Below are positions 26,909 through 37,400 of a DNA stretch of 64,000 bases, piece by piece (the first letter of the stretch is position 1; the number at the start of each line of letters is the position of its first letter). The stretch lies in assembly GCA_963761335.1 (NCBI GenBank), contig CAVXGR010000021.1, forward strand, positions 160,001 to 224,000, read 5' to 3'. The notes below the pieces were generated by a model, which saw only the letters and a program-made list of their open reading frames with translations, searched no databases and was not told where the DNA came from. Source of the DNA: an uncultured delta proteobacterium (lineage in GTDB: Bacteria > Desulfobacterota > Binatia > HRBIN30 > BPIQ01). The position numbers were made by a program, and so were the translations under genes.

Positions 26909-27682
26909 TTACGACGCCTTGCCGGAGCGGGGTGGGGCAGAAGGCTCCTCGGGGACGTTGCCCTCGGCGACGTAGCGCAGGAGGAAGTCGCGGCGCAGCA
27001 GGGCGAGCATCTGGTTGATCAGCTCGATTCCCTCCTCGGCCATGCGCGCCGCCTGCTCGACCGGCACCTTGCCGGCGACCTGGCGGGTGAAGATGTGCAG
27101 CTCCTCGCGCGCCAGCCAGCGCACCATGTCGACGTAGAGCCGGCAGTTCTCGGGGCCGACGCCGAGGTCGGGGGTAAAGCCGGCCTGGCGCATGCGCCCC
27201 CAGAGCTCGACGAGGCGCACTGCCGAGCCTTCGATCCACTGATCGCCGTCGCGAGTGACGATCTCGAAGGCGCCGGTATCGGCGAGCTCGCGCACCTCGC
27301 GCGCCGGAACTCTGGTGCGGCTGGCCAGCGCGCTCAGGCGCTCGGCCGTCTGTGCGAGCGACTGGCGCACCTGCGGGAACAGCTTGCCATCGAGCTGGAG
27401 GAGGGCGGTGATCTCCGCATCGGAAGGGGCTCGATCGCTGGCGACAATCGCCTTGATGACGTTGAGCGGCAGGTATCGCTTCTGCTGCAGCTCCTTGATG
27501 AAGCGGATGCGTTCGACGAACGACTCGTCGTAGTAGGCGACGTTTCGACCCGGGCGCTCGGGCTCGGGCAGGAGTCCCTCGCGGATGTAGAAGCGGATCG
27601 ACTCCCGCCCGACGCCGGTGGCTCTCTCGAGGTCCTTCATCTTGAGCCGCTTCCGTTGGGCCGCAGCGATGCGGGTGCCCAT
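26909..27682 (-). CDS. MerR-family transcriptional regulator
   Basis: MKDLERATGV..SIRFYIREGLLP...YLPLNVIK. Confidence 0.9.
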   Translation of the reverse strand: MGTRIAAAQRKRLKMKDLERATGVGRESIRFYIREGLLPEPERPGRNVAYYDESFVERIRFIKELQQKRYLPLNVIKAIVASDRAPSDAEITALLQLDGKLFPQVRQSLAQTAERLSALASRTRVPAREVRELADTGAFEIVTRDGDQWIEGSAVRLVELWGRMRQAGFTPDLGVGPENCRLYVDMVRWLAREELHIFTRQVAGKVPVEQAARMAEEGIELINQMLALLRRDFLLRYVAEGNVPEEPSAPPRSGKAS

Positions 27683-27717
27683 GGCGCTTTCGTTCGAGTG
27701 CGTGGAAGTCTGCGGCT

Positions 27718-28797
27718 TCAGGCGGCGCTGCCCACGGCCGCGACCTCGGCGATCTCCTTCTGCCGCTGGTCGAACTCGGCGGCGATCTCCTCGTCGCGCC
27801 GCCCCAGGGCGTCGAGGTCGGCGTCGGCGAAGCCGAGGATGTCCATGTCCGCGTACGCCTTGCGCACCCGAGGGCCCCACAGGCCGATGTCCTTGATGGT
27901 GGGCACGATGCGGCCGAAGAGGCTGCTGCGGTAGATCTTCATCAGCTCCGACCGATCCGTGTAGGCCTTGCACTCGGCCACCGGCAGGCCGAGCGTCTCC
28001 CAGACCTCGTCGCCGAGGAAGCGATCGCGCAGGAGGTAGCACCCCTCGACGACGAACTCCTCGCGCTCGTCGCGCTCCTTCTCGGTCAGCTGCGGATAGT
28101 ACTCGCGCAGCGCCAGGCGGCCGAAGGCCACGTGCCGGGCCTCGTCCTGCATGACATAGGCGGTGACCGAGGAGGCGAGGTGGTTCTGTGCCTGATCGCG
28201 GATGAGGCCGAAGGCGGCGAGGGCGACGCCCTCCACCAGGACTTGCATGCCGAGGTAGGTCATGTCCCAGCGCCCATCGGCGAGGGTGTCGTTCAGCAGC
28301 TGCTGGAGGTAGGGGTTGATCGGATAGGCGAGCTCGAACTTCTCGTGCAGCAGGCGGGAGTAGGCCTCGACGTGACGCGCCTCATCGACGACCTGGGTGG
28401 CGGCGTAGAACTTGGCGTCCATCGTCGGCACCTGCTGGACGATCTTCGCGGTGCAGACGAGGGCTCCCTGCTCGCCGTGGAGGAACTGCGACAGCTGCCA
28501 TGCCTGGAAGTGGCGGCGCAGGTTGGCCTTCTCCTCAGCGGTGAGCCGGTTCCAGATCTCCGAGCCATGAATCGGGATGACCTCATCGGGAAGACCCTCG
28601 GGGTTCTCCGGATCCAGGTTCTGCGACCAGTCGATGCGTTCGGAGGCATCCCACTGCAAGCGTTTCCCCTTCTGGTAGAGGTTGAGCAGCTTGTCGCGCC
28701 CGTCCTCGTACTCCCAGCGGAACACGGTCTCGAAGCTCTGCGGCAGGATCCAGTCGGTCTCGGTCACAGGCCTGGCGTAGCGGTCGACAGTCGTCAT
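27718..28797 (-). CDS. Ferritin-like diiron protein (AurF-like oxygenase family)
   Basis: HGEQGA, DEARH, VEG, DEARH ligand pattern; AGGAGA RBS. Confidence 0.88.
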   Translation of the reverse strand: MTTVDRYARPVTETDWILPQSFETVFRWEYEDGRDKLLNLYQKGKRLQWDASERIDWSQNLDPENPEGLPDEVIPIHGSEIWNRLTAEEKANLRRHFQAWQLSQFLHGEQGALVCTAKIVQQVPTMDAKFYAATQVVDEARHVEAYSRLLHEKFELAYPINPYLQQLLNDTLADGRWDMTYLGMQVLVEGVALAAFGLIRDQAQNHLASSVTAYVMQDEARHVAFGRLALREYYPQLTEKERDEREEFVVEGCYLLRDRFLGDEVWETLGLPVAECKAYTDRSELMKIYRSSLFGRIVPTIKDIGLWGPRVRKAYADMDILGFADADLDALGRRDEEIAAEFDQRQKEIAEVAAVGSAA

Positions 28798-28829
28798 CGC
28801 GGGGAAGTCTCCTTTTCGGTTTTGGTGAT

Positions 28830-28866
28830 ATGCGTAGTACTAGTACGCATTACGTGCCATTGTCAA
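28830..28866 (-). promoter_or_regulatory. Operator ATGCGTA-N7-TACGCAT next to a TTGACA -35 box
   Basis: Perfect 7-bp arms at 28830-28850; minus-strand TTGACA at 28861-28866. Confidence 0.6.
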
Positions 28867-29035
28867 GAAGAAAGAACGAAGAGGAAACGGAAGAGAAAAG
28901 AGGGCTCACGCAACGGCGCTAGGCCGCAACATTCACTTCTCTAAGATTCCAACGTCGCGCCGTGGCGCCGTTGCGTGAGGCACAACAACCAACAACCTAA
29001 CAACCAACGACCTTCTTCCCCCCCAACACCCCGTC

Positions 29036-30154
29036 TCATCCCCGCCGCGGCAGCTCCGCCTCCGCCTTCGCGGTGGCAGTGACCTCGTCGCGGTGGTTGA
29101 CGCACTCGATCTGGCAGCGGACGTAGCCGACGCCGTTCTTCTCGAACTTGTCGGTGACCTCGCCGCGGCACCAGGTGACGTCGCCCATGTAGTTGAACTT
29201 CCGGTACTGCACGTCGATCATGCGCAGGAAGCCGTTGTCGCCGATCCAGTTGGTCATCAAGTGGATGAGCCACGAGCAGCGCTCGGGGCCGAGGTCGTAG
29301 GCGCCGGGCAGGCCGAGGAGGCGCTGGGTGAAGGCATTGTCCCAGTGGACTCGCTGCGGCGGTTCGGGAACGCCCTGCTCGTTGGGAATCATCAGCGCCG
29401 GGTGCTTGGCGTAGAGGTTGGCGGCGACCTGGTTGCCGACCAGATAGATGCCGAAGTACGACTCGAAGGCGATCTCCGCCGTCGGCGTCAGCGGCCCCTT
29501 GATGATGCGCTCGAGCTGGTCGCCGACCTTGACGTCGTCCCAGTAGCGCTCGACCGTGCGCTTCTCGTGGCGGTACTCCTCCATGAAGCGCTCGATGTCG
29601 GCCGGCGTCCACTGCGCCAGGGTGATCTCCCCGTACTTCTTCTTCTCGCGCGTCTTGGCGCGCTCGATGCGAATCCAGGTGTCGTTGCGCACGCCGATCT
29701 TCTGGTTGCCGGCGTCGTAGTAGACCGCCTCGTAGGTCTGGTAGAGGGAACGGCCGCCGCCGAAGGTGCTGTCGCGCTCGACGATCTCCTTCAGATAGGA
29801 GTCGGCGCGGATGCGGTCGTCGACCTTCACGGGGCGCTCCCACTCGTAGCGCGAGCCGGTCCAGATCGAGTGCACCCCGGGCAACCCCTCGGGCAGGCCG
29901 CTCGAGCCGACGGCGCGCAGGGTGTCCATCGTCTGCACGATGATCGGCGGCGCGATCAGGGTCTTCCAGCGGGTCTTCCCGGCGTACTCCTCGTCGAGAT
30001 AGAGCGGGCTCAGGTCGCCGATGGCCAGCGCCAGGTGATAGATCGCGTCGCGGGTCGCCTCGGTGCGCCACGGGCGGCGTCCGCTGAACCCCTTGCCGAT
30101 GCGCTCGCGCAGCTTGGCGATTCCCTCGTCAGTGATCTTTCCGGTCTCAGACAT
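29036..30154 (-). CDS. Double hot-dog (MaoC-like) dehydratase
   Basis: AIGDLSPLYLDEEYA..IAPP; RYWDDVKVGD.L; HW..NWIGD.G. Confidence 0.85.
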   Translation of the reverse strand: MSETGKITDEGIAKLRERIGKGFSGRRPWRTEATRDAIYHLALAIGDLSPLYLDEEYAGKTRWKTLIAPPIIVQTMDTLRAVGSSGLPEGLPGVHSIWTGSRYEWERPVKVDDRIRADSYLKEIVERDSTFGGGRSLYQTYEAVYYDAGNQKIGVRNDTWIRIERAKTREKKKYGEITLAQWTPADIERFMEEYRHEKRTVERYWDDVKVGDQLERIIKGPLTPTAEIAFESYFGIYLVGNQVAANLYAKHPALMIPNEQGVPEPPQRVHWDNAFTQRLLGLPGAYDLGPERCSWLIHLMTNWIGDNGFLRMIDVQYRKFNYMGDVTWCRGEVTDKFEKNGVGYVRCQIECVNHRDEVTATAKAEAELPRRG

Positions 30155-30194
30155 GTGCTTCTCCTCGTGCTCGAACGTGGATGGATGCGGCGGC

Positions 30195-30896
30195 TCACTT
30201 GCCGCGGCGCTTGGGAGGGGCCGGGGCAGTGGCCTGCGGTCCCAGCAGCCGGTAGAGCGCCTTCTCGAGAAACTGCCGCTGCGCCGCCAGTGCCCGCGCC
30301 GACATCGGTCCGCCCGGCCACGAGGCGAGCGACTGCAGCGCCGCGGCGTTGGTGAAATAGGCGAACACCATGCCGAAGAGACCCAGCGCCAGGTGCGGCA
30401 GCTCCTGCGCTTCCCAGCCGGCGTTGTCGGCGGTCGCCTGGATCACCGCCAGCCCCTGGCGGTAGAGCGGGCTCAGCCATCGGGCCATCAGCGCCTGGAT
30501 GTTGCCGCTCTCCTCGAGGAGAGCGCGCTGCAGCAGCCGCGCCAGGTGCGGGTGGGTCGCCAGGTGGTCGATCAGGCGGTCGACCGTCTCGCGCATCTGC
30601 TCCGGGCGCAGCGCTCCGGGATGCCAGGCCTCGGCGATGATCTCGACGATCGGCCGCAGGCCGCGCTCGAGGACGGCGTCGTAGAGCGCCTGCTTGCTGG
30701 GGAAGTGGTTGTAGAGGCTCGGCGCCGTCAGGTTCATCTCGCGCGCCAGATCGCGCACGGCGACGCCGTCGACGCCGCGCGCCGCAAACATCTGCTCGGC
30801 GGTGTCGAGGATCACCTCGCGGGTCGGCAGCGCCGGCTCGGCCGAGGCCTGCCGCCGCCCGCCGCGTGCCCGCGCCGTCGCCGTCTTCGTCGCCAC
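30195..30896 (-). CDS. TetR-family transcriptional regulator
   Basis: ILDTAEQMFA.RG..G..VRDLA...APSLYNHFPSK. Confidence 0.93.
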   Translation of the reverse strand: MATKTATARARGGRRQASAEPALPTREVILDTAEQMFAARGVDGVAVRDLAREMNLTAPSLYNHFPSKQALYDAVLERGLRPIVEIIAEAWHPGALRPEQMRETVDRLIDHLATHPHLARLLQRALLEESGNIQALMARWLSPLYRQGLAVIQATADNAGWEAQELPHLALGLFGMVFAYFTNAAALQSLASWPGGPMSARALAAQRQFLEKALYRLLGPQATAPAPPKRRGK

Positions 30897-30909
30897 GCGC
30901 GCTAGGTAT

Positions 30910-30927
30910 CTAACGAACGTTCGTTAG
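30910..30927. promoter_or_regulatory. Perfect 18-bp palindrome, probable TetR operator
   Basis: CTAACGAACGTTCGTTAG just upstream of tetR, abutting a minus-strand TTGACT. Confidence 0.75.
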
Positions 30928-30949
30928 TCAAGCTGGCACTGGGAGCGCG

Positions 30950-31030
30950 GCAGGGGACAGGCTGCTTTTGCGCCCCCTGAGGTTGCCTTGGGGCAGCGCC
31001 TCGCCGCCGCAAAAGTTGACTGTCCCCTGC
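30950..31030. repeat. GGGGACAGGC-family REP-like inverted repeat
   Basis: GCAGGGGACAGGCTGCTTTTGC / GCAAAAGTTGACTGTCCCCTGC (19/22 complementary). Confidence 0.65.
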
Positions 31031-31085
31031 CGGCGCTCCCAGGGGGTTGCGGCTTCCATGGAGCGGGTGGCATTGCTGAGACGCC

Positions 31086-32273
31086 ATGGTCGAGTTCAGC
31101 CCCTACTCGTACGAGATCCACGAGGATCCGTTCCCCACCTACCGCGAGCTGCGCCGCCAGGCGCCCGTGTACCGCAACGACGATCTCGGCTTCTGGGCCC
31201 TGTCGCGCTACGAGGACGTGATCGCGGCCTTCAAGGACCCGCTCACCTTCTCCAACGCGCAAGGCGTGTCGCTGGAGCGCTCGAGCTCCGGTGACGCCAC
31301 CGCGGTGGCCTCCTTCCTGGCCATGGATCCGCCGCGTCACGATCACATGCGCGGCCTGGTCTCACGCGGCTTCACGCCGCGGCGGGTCGCCGACCTGGAG
31401 CCGCGCGTGCGCCAGCTGACGGCGCAATACATCGATCAGTTCGCCCAGCGCGGGCGCTGTGACTTCATCCAGGACTTCGCCGGCAAGCTGCCGATGGACG
31501 TGGTCAGCGAGCTGCTCGGCGTTCCGGCGGCGGATCGCGACGAGCTCCGCGGCTGGGCGGACGCGGTGATGGAGCGCGAGGAGGGAAACGCGGAGGTCCC
31601 GGCGGCCGGGATCGCGGCGACCCGCCGGCTGCTGGGCTACTTCGGAGAGCTGGTGGCGCGCCGCCGGGTCGCGCCGGGCGCCGACCTGGCGAGCGCCCTT
31701 CTCGACGCCGAGGTCGACGGCGCCCGCCTGAGCGACCGCGAGATCATGGCCTTTCTCTTCCTCATGATCATCGCCGGCAACGAGACGACCACCAAGCTGC
31801 TCGGCAACGCGCTCTACTGGATCTGGAAGAACCCGGGAGAACGGGAGCGGCTGCAGCGCCAGCCGGAGTTGATCCCCAACTGGATCGAGGAGACGCTGCG
31901 CTACGACGGCTCGACGCAGATGCTGGCGCGCACGCTGACCCGCGACCTGGATCTGCACGGCGCCCGACTGCGCGAAGGCGACAAGGTTCTCATCCTCATC
32001 GGCTCGGCGAATCGCGACGAGAGTGTCTTCGAGTCGCCCGATCTCTACGACATCGGGCGCGATGCCAGTGCCCACCTCGCCTTCGGCAAGGGCACCCACT
32101 TCTGTCTGGGCGCTTCGCTGGCGCGCCTCGAGGCGCGCGTGGCGCTCGAGGAGTTTCAGCGGCGCATCCCCGACTTCGAGATCGATCCCGCCGGGCTGGT
32201 TCGGGTTCACTCGCCCAACGTGCGCGGCTTTGCGTCCATGCCGATCGAGTTCTCTGCCTCGAGGCCCGGGTAG
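31086..32273 (+). CDS. Cytochrome P450
   Basis: MDPPRH, AGNETT, EETLR, FGKGTHFCLG. Confidence 0.96.
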   Translation: MVEFSPYSYEIHEDPFPTYRELRRQAPVYRNDDLGFWALSRYEDVIAAFKDPLTFSNAQGVSLERSSSGDATAVASFLAMDPPRHDHMRGLVSRGFTPRRVADLEPRVRQLTAQYIDQFAQRGRCDFIQDFAGKLPMDVVSELLGVPAADRDELRGWADAVMEREEGNAEVPAAGIAATRRLLGYFGELVARRRVAPGADLASALLDAEVDGARLSDREIMAFLFLMIIAGNETTTKLLGNALYWIWKNPGERERLQRQPELIPNWIEETLRYDGSTQMLARTLTRDLDLHGARLREGDKVLILIGSANRDESVFESPDLYDIGRDASAHLAFGKGTHFCLGASLARLEARVALEEFQRRIPDFEIDPAGLVRVHSPNVRGFASMPIEFSASRPG

Positions 32274-32275
32274 CG

Positions 32276-32344
32276 GGGGACAGGCTACTTTGCCAGTCGG
32301 ACGGTCGCGCGAGCAACGGCCTCGCCGGCATGTTGCCTGTCCCC
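32276..32344. repeat. GGGGACAGGC-family REP-like inverted repeat
   Basis: GGGGACAGGCTACTTTGCC ... GGCATGTTGCCTGTCCCC. Confidence 0.65.
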
Positions 32345-32351
32345 AGGCCGC

Positions 32352-33173
32352 TCAGCGGATGACGCCTTCCTGGGCGACGGAGGCGATGCGGGTACCGTCG
32401 CGGCTGTACATGGCGCCGTGGACGAGGGCGCGGCCGGCGTGGGCGGCGGGGCTCTGGCTGACGTAGAGGATCCAGTCGTCGAAGCGCGCCGGGCGGTGCA
32501 GCCACACGGCGTGATCGAGGCTGGCGCCCATGCGGCGATTCCAGGTGAGGGCGTGCGGGCGCCCGCCGGTGCTCAGCAGGGTGCGGTCGGAGGCGAAGAC
32601 GAGCATCGCCACGTGGAGCAGCGGGTCCTCGGGCATGTGGCCGCGCGGGCGCAGCCAGATGCGGCGGTAGGCGGGCTGCGGCTTGGCCGGCTCGGCGACC
32701 TCGGCGTCGCAGTCGCGCACCTCGAGCGGGCCATCGGGGCGCCGCGCCCCCTCGCCGAGGACCGCGGCGCGCACCTCTTCCCAGTCGAGCGCGCCGGTGG
32801 GCGGCGGCGCCGCCGGCATTGGCTCCTGATGCGCGATGCCTTCCTCGGGCAGGGCAAAGCTGGCGAGCATGCTGAAGATCACCGCGCCGCCCTGTACGGC
32901 ATCGACGCGCCGCGCCGCGAAGGTGCGGCCGTCGCGCAGGCGCTCGACCCGGTATTCGATCGGCTGCAGATGGTGGCCGCCGCGCAGGAAGTAGGCGTGC
33001 AGCGAGTGCAGCCGGCGCTCGGCGGCGGTGCGCGCCGCCGCCACCGCTGCCTGGGCGGCGACGAAGCCGCCGAACAGACGCCCTTCTCCTTTGCCCGACT
33101 GTCCGCAGAAGCGGTCGCCGCCGAGCGCCTCGAGGTCGAGGCGGCGCAGCAGGCGGTCGAGCGGCGTATCCAT
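32352..33173 (-). CDS. tesB: Acyl-CoA thioesterase II
   Basis: LFGGFVAAQA, HSLHAYF, RDGRTF, ASLDHAVW, VAQEG. Confidence 0.9.
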   Translation of the reverse strand: MDTPLDRLLRRLDLEALGGDRFCGQSGKGEGRLFGGFVAAQAAVAAARTAAERRLHSLHAYFLRGGHHLQPIEYRVERLRDGRTFAARRVDAVQGGAVIFSMLASFALPEEGIAHQEPMPAAPPPTGALDWEEVRAAVLGEGARRPDGPLEVRDCDAEVAEPAKPQPAYRRIWLRPRGHMPEDPLLHVAMLVFASDRTLLSTGGRPHALTWNRRMGASLDHAVWLHRPARFDDWILYVSQSPAAHAGRALVHGAMYSRDGTRIASVAQEGVIR

Positions 33174-33309
33174 CGGCGCCGAGGATAGAGGGAAAGCGCG
33201 GCGCGAAAAAGCGCCGCCGCCGCCCCTTGCACGGCGCCTCGCTCCTCTATATGAACAAATGTTAGTTAATGCCGGACGACAGCCGCCGGACGCGCAGGGG
33301 AGGGTAGTG

Positions 33310-34431
33310 ATGTCACGCCAGTACAGACTGATTTCCGCTGATTCGCACATTCTCGAGCCGCCGCACCTGTGGGTCGAGTACATGCCGAAGAAGTTTCACG
33401 ATAAGTGCCCGAAGGTCGTGCCCGACGGCGATGGCGGTGAGGCCTGGCAGTTCGCTCCGGGCATTTCTCCGGCGCCGATCGGCATCTACGCTTCGGCCGG
33501 CCGCAAGCACGAGGAGGTGCGCTGGACGGGGGTCACCTTCGCCGCGGCCAACCAGGGCAACTTCAAGGCGGCGCCGCGCCTCGCCGAGCAGGACATCGAC
33601 GGCGTCGACGCCGAGGTGCTCTTCGGCTCGGCGCGCATGATGAGCCACTTCTTCTCCGACCCCGACCCCGAGTTCCACCTCGCCGGCGTGCAGGCGTACA
33701 ACAACTGGCTCGCCCAGGAGTTCGTCCGGGTCGCCCCCGACCGCCTGATCGGCCTCGCCGCCATGCCGGCCCTCGGTGTCGACGCCTGCATCCGCGAGAT
33801 GGAGCGCTGCCTGAAGCTCGGCATGCGCGGCGTCTGGCTCAACACCATGCCCAGCGTCGGCTCGGCCATTCGCTCCGAGGACGATGCCTTCTGGGAGGCG
33901 GCGCAGGCGAACCAGGCGCCGGTGCACTTCCACGTCCGCGTCATGCGGCAGATCCAGAAGCCCAAGCCCAAGGGCGTGCGCGGCGACGATCTCACCGGGC
34001 TCGCTACCGTCGGCGCCTCCAGCATGATCGTCGACATGCCGGAGATTATCAGCTCGGGCGTACACGACCGCTTCCCCGAGCTGATCTGGGTGGCGGTGGA
34101 GACCGGCTCCGGCTGGATTCCCTATATCCTTGAGCAGATGGACGATCGCTGGTGGCGCAATCGCTGGTGGCTGCCGGTGAAGCTGCAGCACGAGCCGAGC
34201 TTCTATTTTCGCCGCAACTGGCGCACCGCCTTCATGATCGACAACTACGCCGTGCAAAACCGCCACGTTCTCGGCGTCGACAACCTGATGTGGTCGACCG
34301 ACTATCCGCACCACGGCTGCGACTGGCCGGAGACCCGGCGCGTCGTCGACGACATGTTTCGCGGCGTGGCGGCAGAGGAGCGCGAGAAGATGTGCGCCCT
34401 CAACGCGGCGCGATTGTACAAGCTGGTATGA
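33310..34431 (+). CDS. Amidohydrolase_2 family protein
   Basis: ISADSHILEP, AYNNWLA, ETGSGW, WSTDYPH. Confidence 0.92.
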   Translation: MSRQYRLISADSHILEPPHLWVEYMPKKFHDKCPKVVPDGDGGEAWQFAPGISPAPIGIYASAGRKHEEVRWTGVTFAAANQGNFKAAPRLAEQDIDGVDAEVLFGSARMMSHFFSDPDPEFHLAGVQAYNNWLAQEFVRVAPDRLIGLAAMPALGVDACIREMERCLKLGMRGVWLNTMPSVGSAIRSEDDAFWEAAQANQAPVHFHVRVMRQIQKPKPKGVRGDDLTGLATVGASSMIVDMPEIISSGVHDRFPELIWVAVETGSGWIPYILEQMDDRWWRNRWWLPVKLQHEPSFYFRRNWRTAFMIDNYAVQNRHVLGVDNLMWSTDYPHHGCDWPETRRVVDDMFRGVAAEEREKMCALNAARLYKLV

Positions 34432-34464
34432 GCGGCCGGGGGGCGAGGCTCGCGCTCCGTGATC

Positions 34465-37400
34465 TCAGCACGTCCCATCGTGAGATTTCGAGACTCCCGC
34501 ATCTTGCCGGGCACAGTCACTGTTGTATGTGACGCCGTCGCAGCCGCACACGGGTGCGAACACCTGAACACAGAATACCGGTTTCTCCACGCATGTGCCG
34601 AAGAGGTCGTTGGCTGCGCACATTCCCGGCGGAAGCTCGCAGAACGCGTCGGCTGGACAGACGATGCCCGCGAAGCCGCCACACACCTGCGGGAAGATCG
34701 CCCCGGTGAGCGCCGGGAAGTCGTCGGCATTCACCTCGCCGTCCTGGTTGGCGTCGGCCAGCCGACAGGGGAACTGGGTGCCGGTGACGATCGAGAGGAC
34801 CAGGGCCGTCTCGTCTGCCGCCGTGATCCGGCCGTCGCAGTTGGCATCGCCGGGCCCTGCGGGAGTGACCGTCGGGGTCGGAGTGGGCGTCGCGGTGGGC
34901 GGCGGCGTGCCCGTCGCCGTGTGGCTCGGCTCGGGGGTCGCCCCCGTGGGTGTCTCCGTGAAAGCGGCCGTCGGCAGTGCCGTGGGAGCTTCTGTGGGGG
35001 TCTCCGTACCTCCGCCCACCACCAGCAGGCGGACGCTGCCCGGCCCGCTCTGCACCTCGAAGCTCAGGTTGCCGGGCAGCAGGTCGGCGTCGACGGCGGC
35101 GAAATCGCCCGTGTGCGCCGTGTAGGTCACCACGTCGAACACGTCCCCGGGCATGGGCGTGAAGCCGTCCCGCAGGCGGACCTGCAGGGTGCCGTCGAGG
35201 GCGGCGCCGTTGGAGACGGCGAGCCGGTCGTAGCCGGTGCCCGGCTCGGTGCCGCCGAGCTCGATGGCGAGTGTGCCGCCCGCCTGCTGGGTATAGTTGC
35301 TGACCGCCAGTGCGCCCAGCGGAAATCCCGGCTGCACCCGGCCGCCGTTTTGTACCGGCGCGGCGACGGCGCCGACGCCGTCGAGCTCGCCGCCGAGGAT
35401 CTGCACGTCCTCGACGGACGCGAGGGTACCGCCGTCGACGCGCGTCACCCCGGCGGTCTGCACATAGGTGTCGGTGAAACGCAGCATGCCGGAGAGAGCC
35501 TCGACCGTGCCGGTATTGGTGAAGCCGACGCCCTGGAAGACCGTCTCGCCGGAGTTGCCGGCCGTCTTGCGGAAGGTGCCGTCGTTGACGAAGGCTCCCG
35601 GGCCCTGGAAGAAGCCCTGATTGTTGAAGAGGCCCTGATCGTCACTGGTCTCGAAGGTGCCGTTGTTCTTGAAGACGGCGTCGCCGCTCATGTCGATGAA
35701 GCTCGGCCCGCTCATCACCGCCATGCCGCCGTTCAGGTTGACCGTTCGCTGATCGAGCGTCTTGGCGCTGCCACTCAGATCCATGCTGCCCTCGGCGTTC
35801 AGCGTGCCGCTGCCGCTCATGGCGCCGGCGGTCCAGGTGACCGTCCCGGTCACCGTGATCGTGTCGGAGCCGGTGAGCGTGCCGCCGCTCTGCCGCAGCG
35901 AGGTCGCGGTGACCGCTTGCCCGCTGCTGAAATCGGCCTGGCCTCCGGCGACCACCAGGGCGCCGACCTGGCTTGGGGCGCCGCTGAAGCTCACCTCCGC
36001 CCCGGAGACGTTGGTCTCTCCGGAGACCGCATAGGTGCCGCCGATCTGAGAAGTGCCGTTGAGGAACAGCACTGCTCCGGCGCCGCTGACGCTCGAGCTC
36101 GCCTGCAGAACCTGGCTGCCTCCGAGCCGCAGAAGGCCGCCCGCCGATATCGCGAACGATCCGTTGGCGATACCGCCGGCGTCGAGGCGCAGGGTTCCGG
36201 AGAGCACCTCGACCGAGCCGAGGTTGTTGAACACCACGCCGCTGACCACGGTTTCGCCGGTGTTGCCGGCGGTCTTTCGGAAGGTACCGAAGTTGTTGAA
36301 CATGCCCGGGCCGGTGAAGAAGCCCTGGTTGTTGAACGAGCCCTGATCGTCGCTCGCCTCGACGGTGGCGTGGTTGTTGAAAATGGCGCCGTCGGTCATG
36401 TCGATGAAGCTGAGACCGCTCATGACCGCCGTGCCGGCGTCGAGGTCGAGAGCCCGCTGGCGGAGGGTCTTGGCGCTGCCGCTGAGAATCATCCCCCCCT
36501 GGGCGACGGTGTCGCCGCTGCCGCTCATGGTGCCACCCGTCCAGAAGAGCGTGTCGCCGACCTCTACCGTGTCGGAGCCGGTGAGCTCGCCGCCGCTCTG
36601 GATCATGGTGTCGGTCTGGATGGTCTTGCCGCTGCTGAAGTTGGCGATGCCGCCGCCGATGACCAGAGAGCCGACGGCGGTGATTGCGCCGGTGTAGTTG
36701 GCGGTGCCATTCGACGTGCGCGTCGTCCCGGTGATGGCGTAGTCGCCGAGGAAGTCGGCGGTGCCGCTGAGAACCCGCACGGTGCCGTCGCCGGTGACGC
36801 TGGATGCCGCCTGGAAGACCTGCACGCCGCCGAGCTCCAGTGTCCCCGCGACGCTGAAACCGCCGCTCGAGGTGCCGCCGCCGGCAAGCCGCAGGGTTCC
36901 GGAGAGGACCTCGACGGTGCCGCTGTTGTCGAAGGTGACGCCGTCGAAGACGGTCTCGCCGGAGTTGCCGAGCGTCTTGCGGAACGTGCCGGTGTTGTGG
37001 AACGAGCCCTCGCCGAAGAAGCCCTGGTTGTTCTGCAGGCCCTGGTCGTTGGTCGCCTCGAAGGTCGCGTCGTTGTTGAACACGGCGCCCGCGGACATGG
37101 TGATGAAGCTCGGCCCCTTCATGGTCGCCGTGCCGCCCTCCAGGTTGACGGTGCGCTGCGCGAGGCTCTTGGCGCTGCCGCCGAGGTCCATGCCGCCTTC
37201 GACGTCGATGGCGCCGCTGCCGCTGATGGTGCCGAAGAACCAGGTCATCAAGCCGTTGACGGTCAGCGTGCCGGGCCCGGTGATCGTGCCGCCCGTCATC
37301 GTCAAGGCACCGACCGTGGCGTCGGCGGTGAGCACGGCGGTGTTGCCGGTGACGATGGCGACGTCGTCCGTGCCGGGTACACCGGCCGGCTGCCAGTTAC

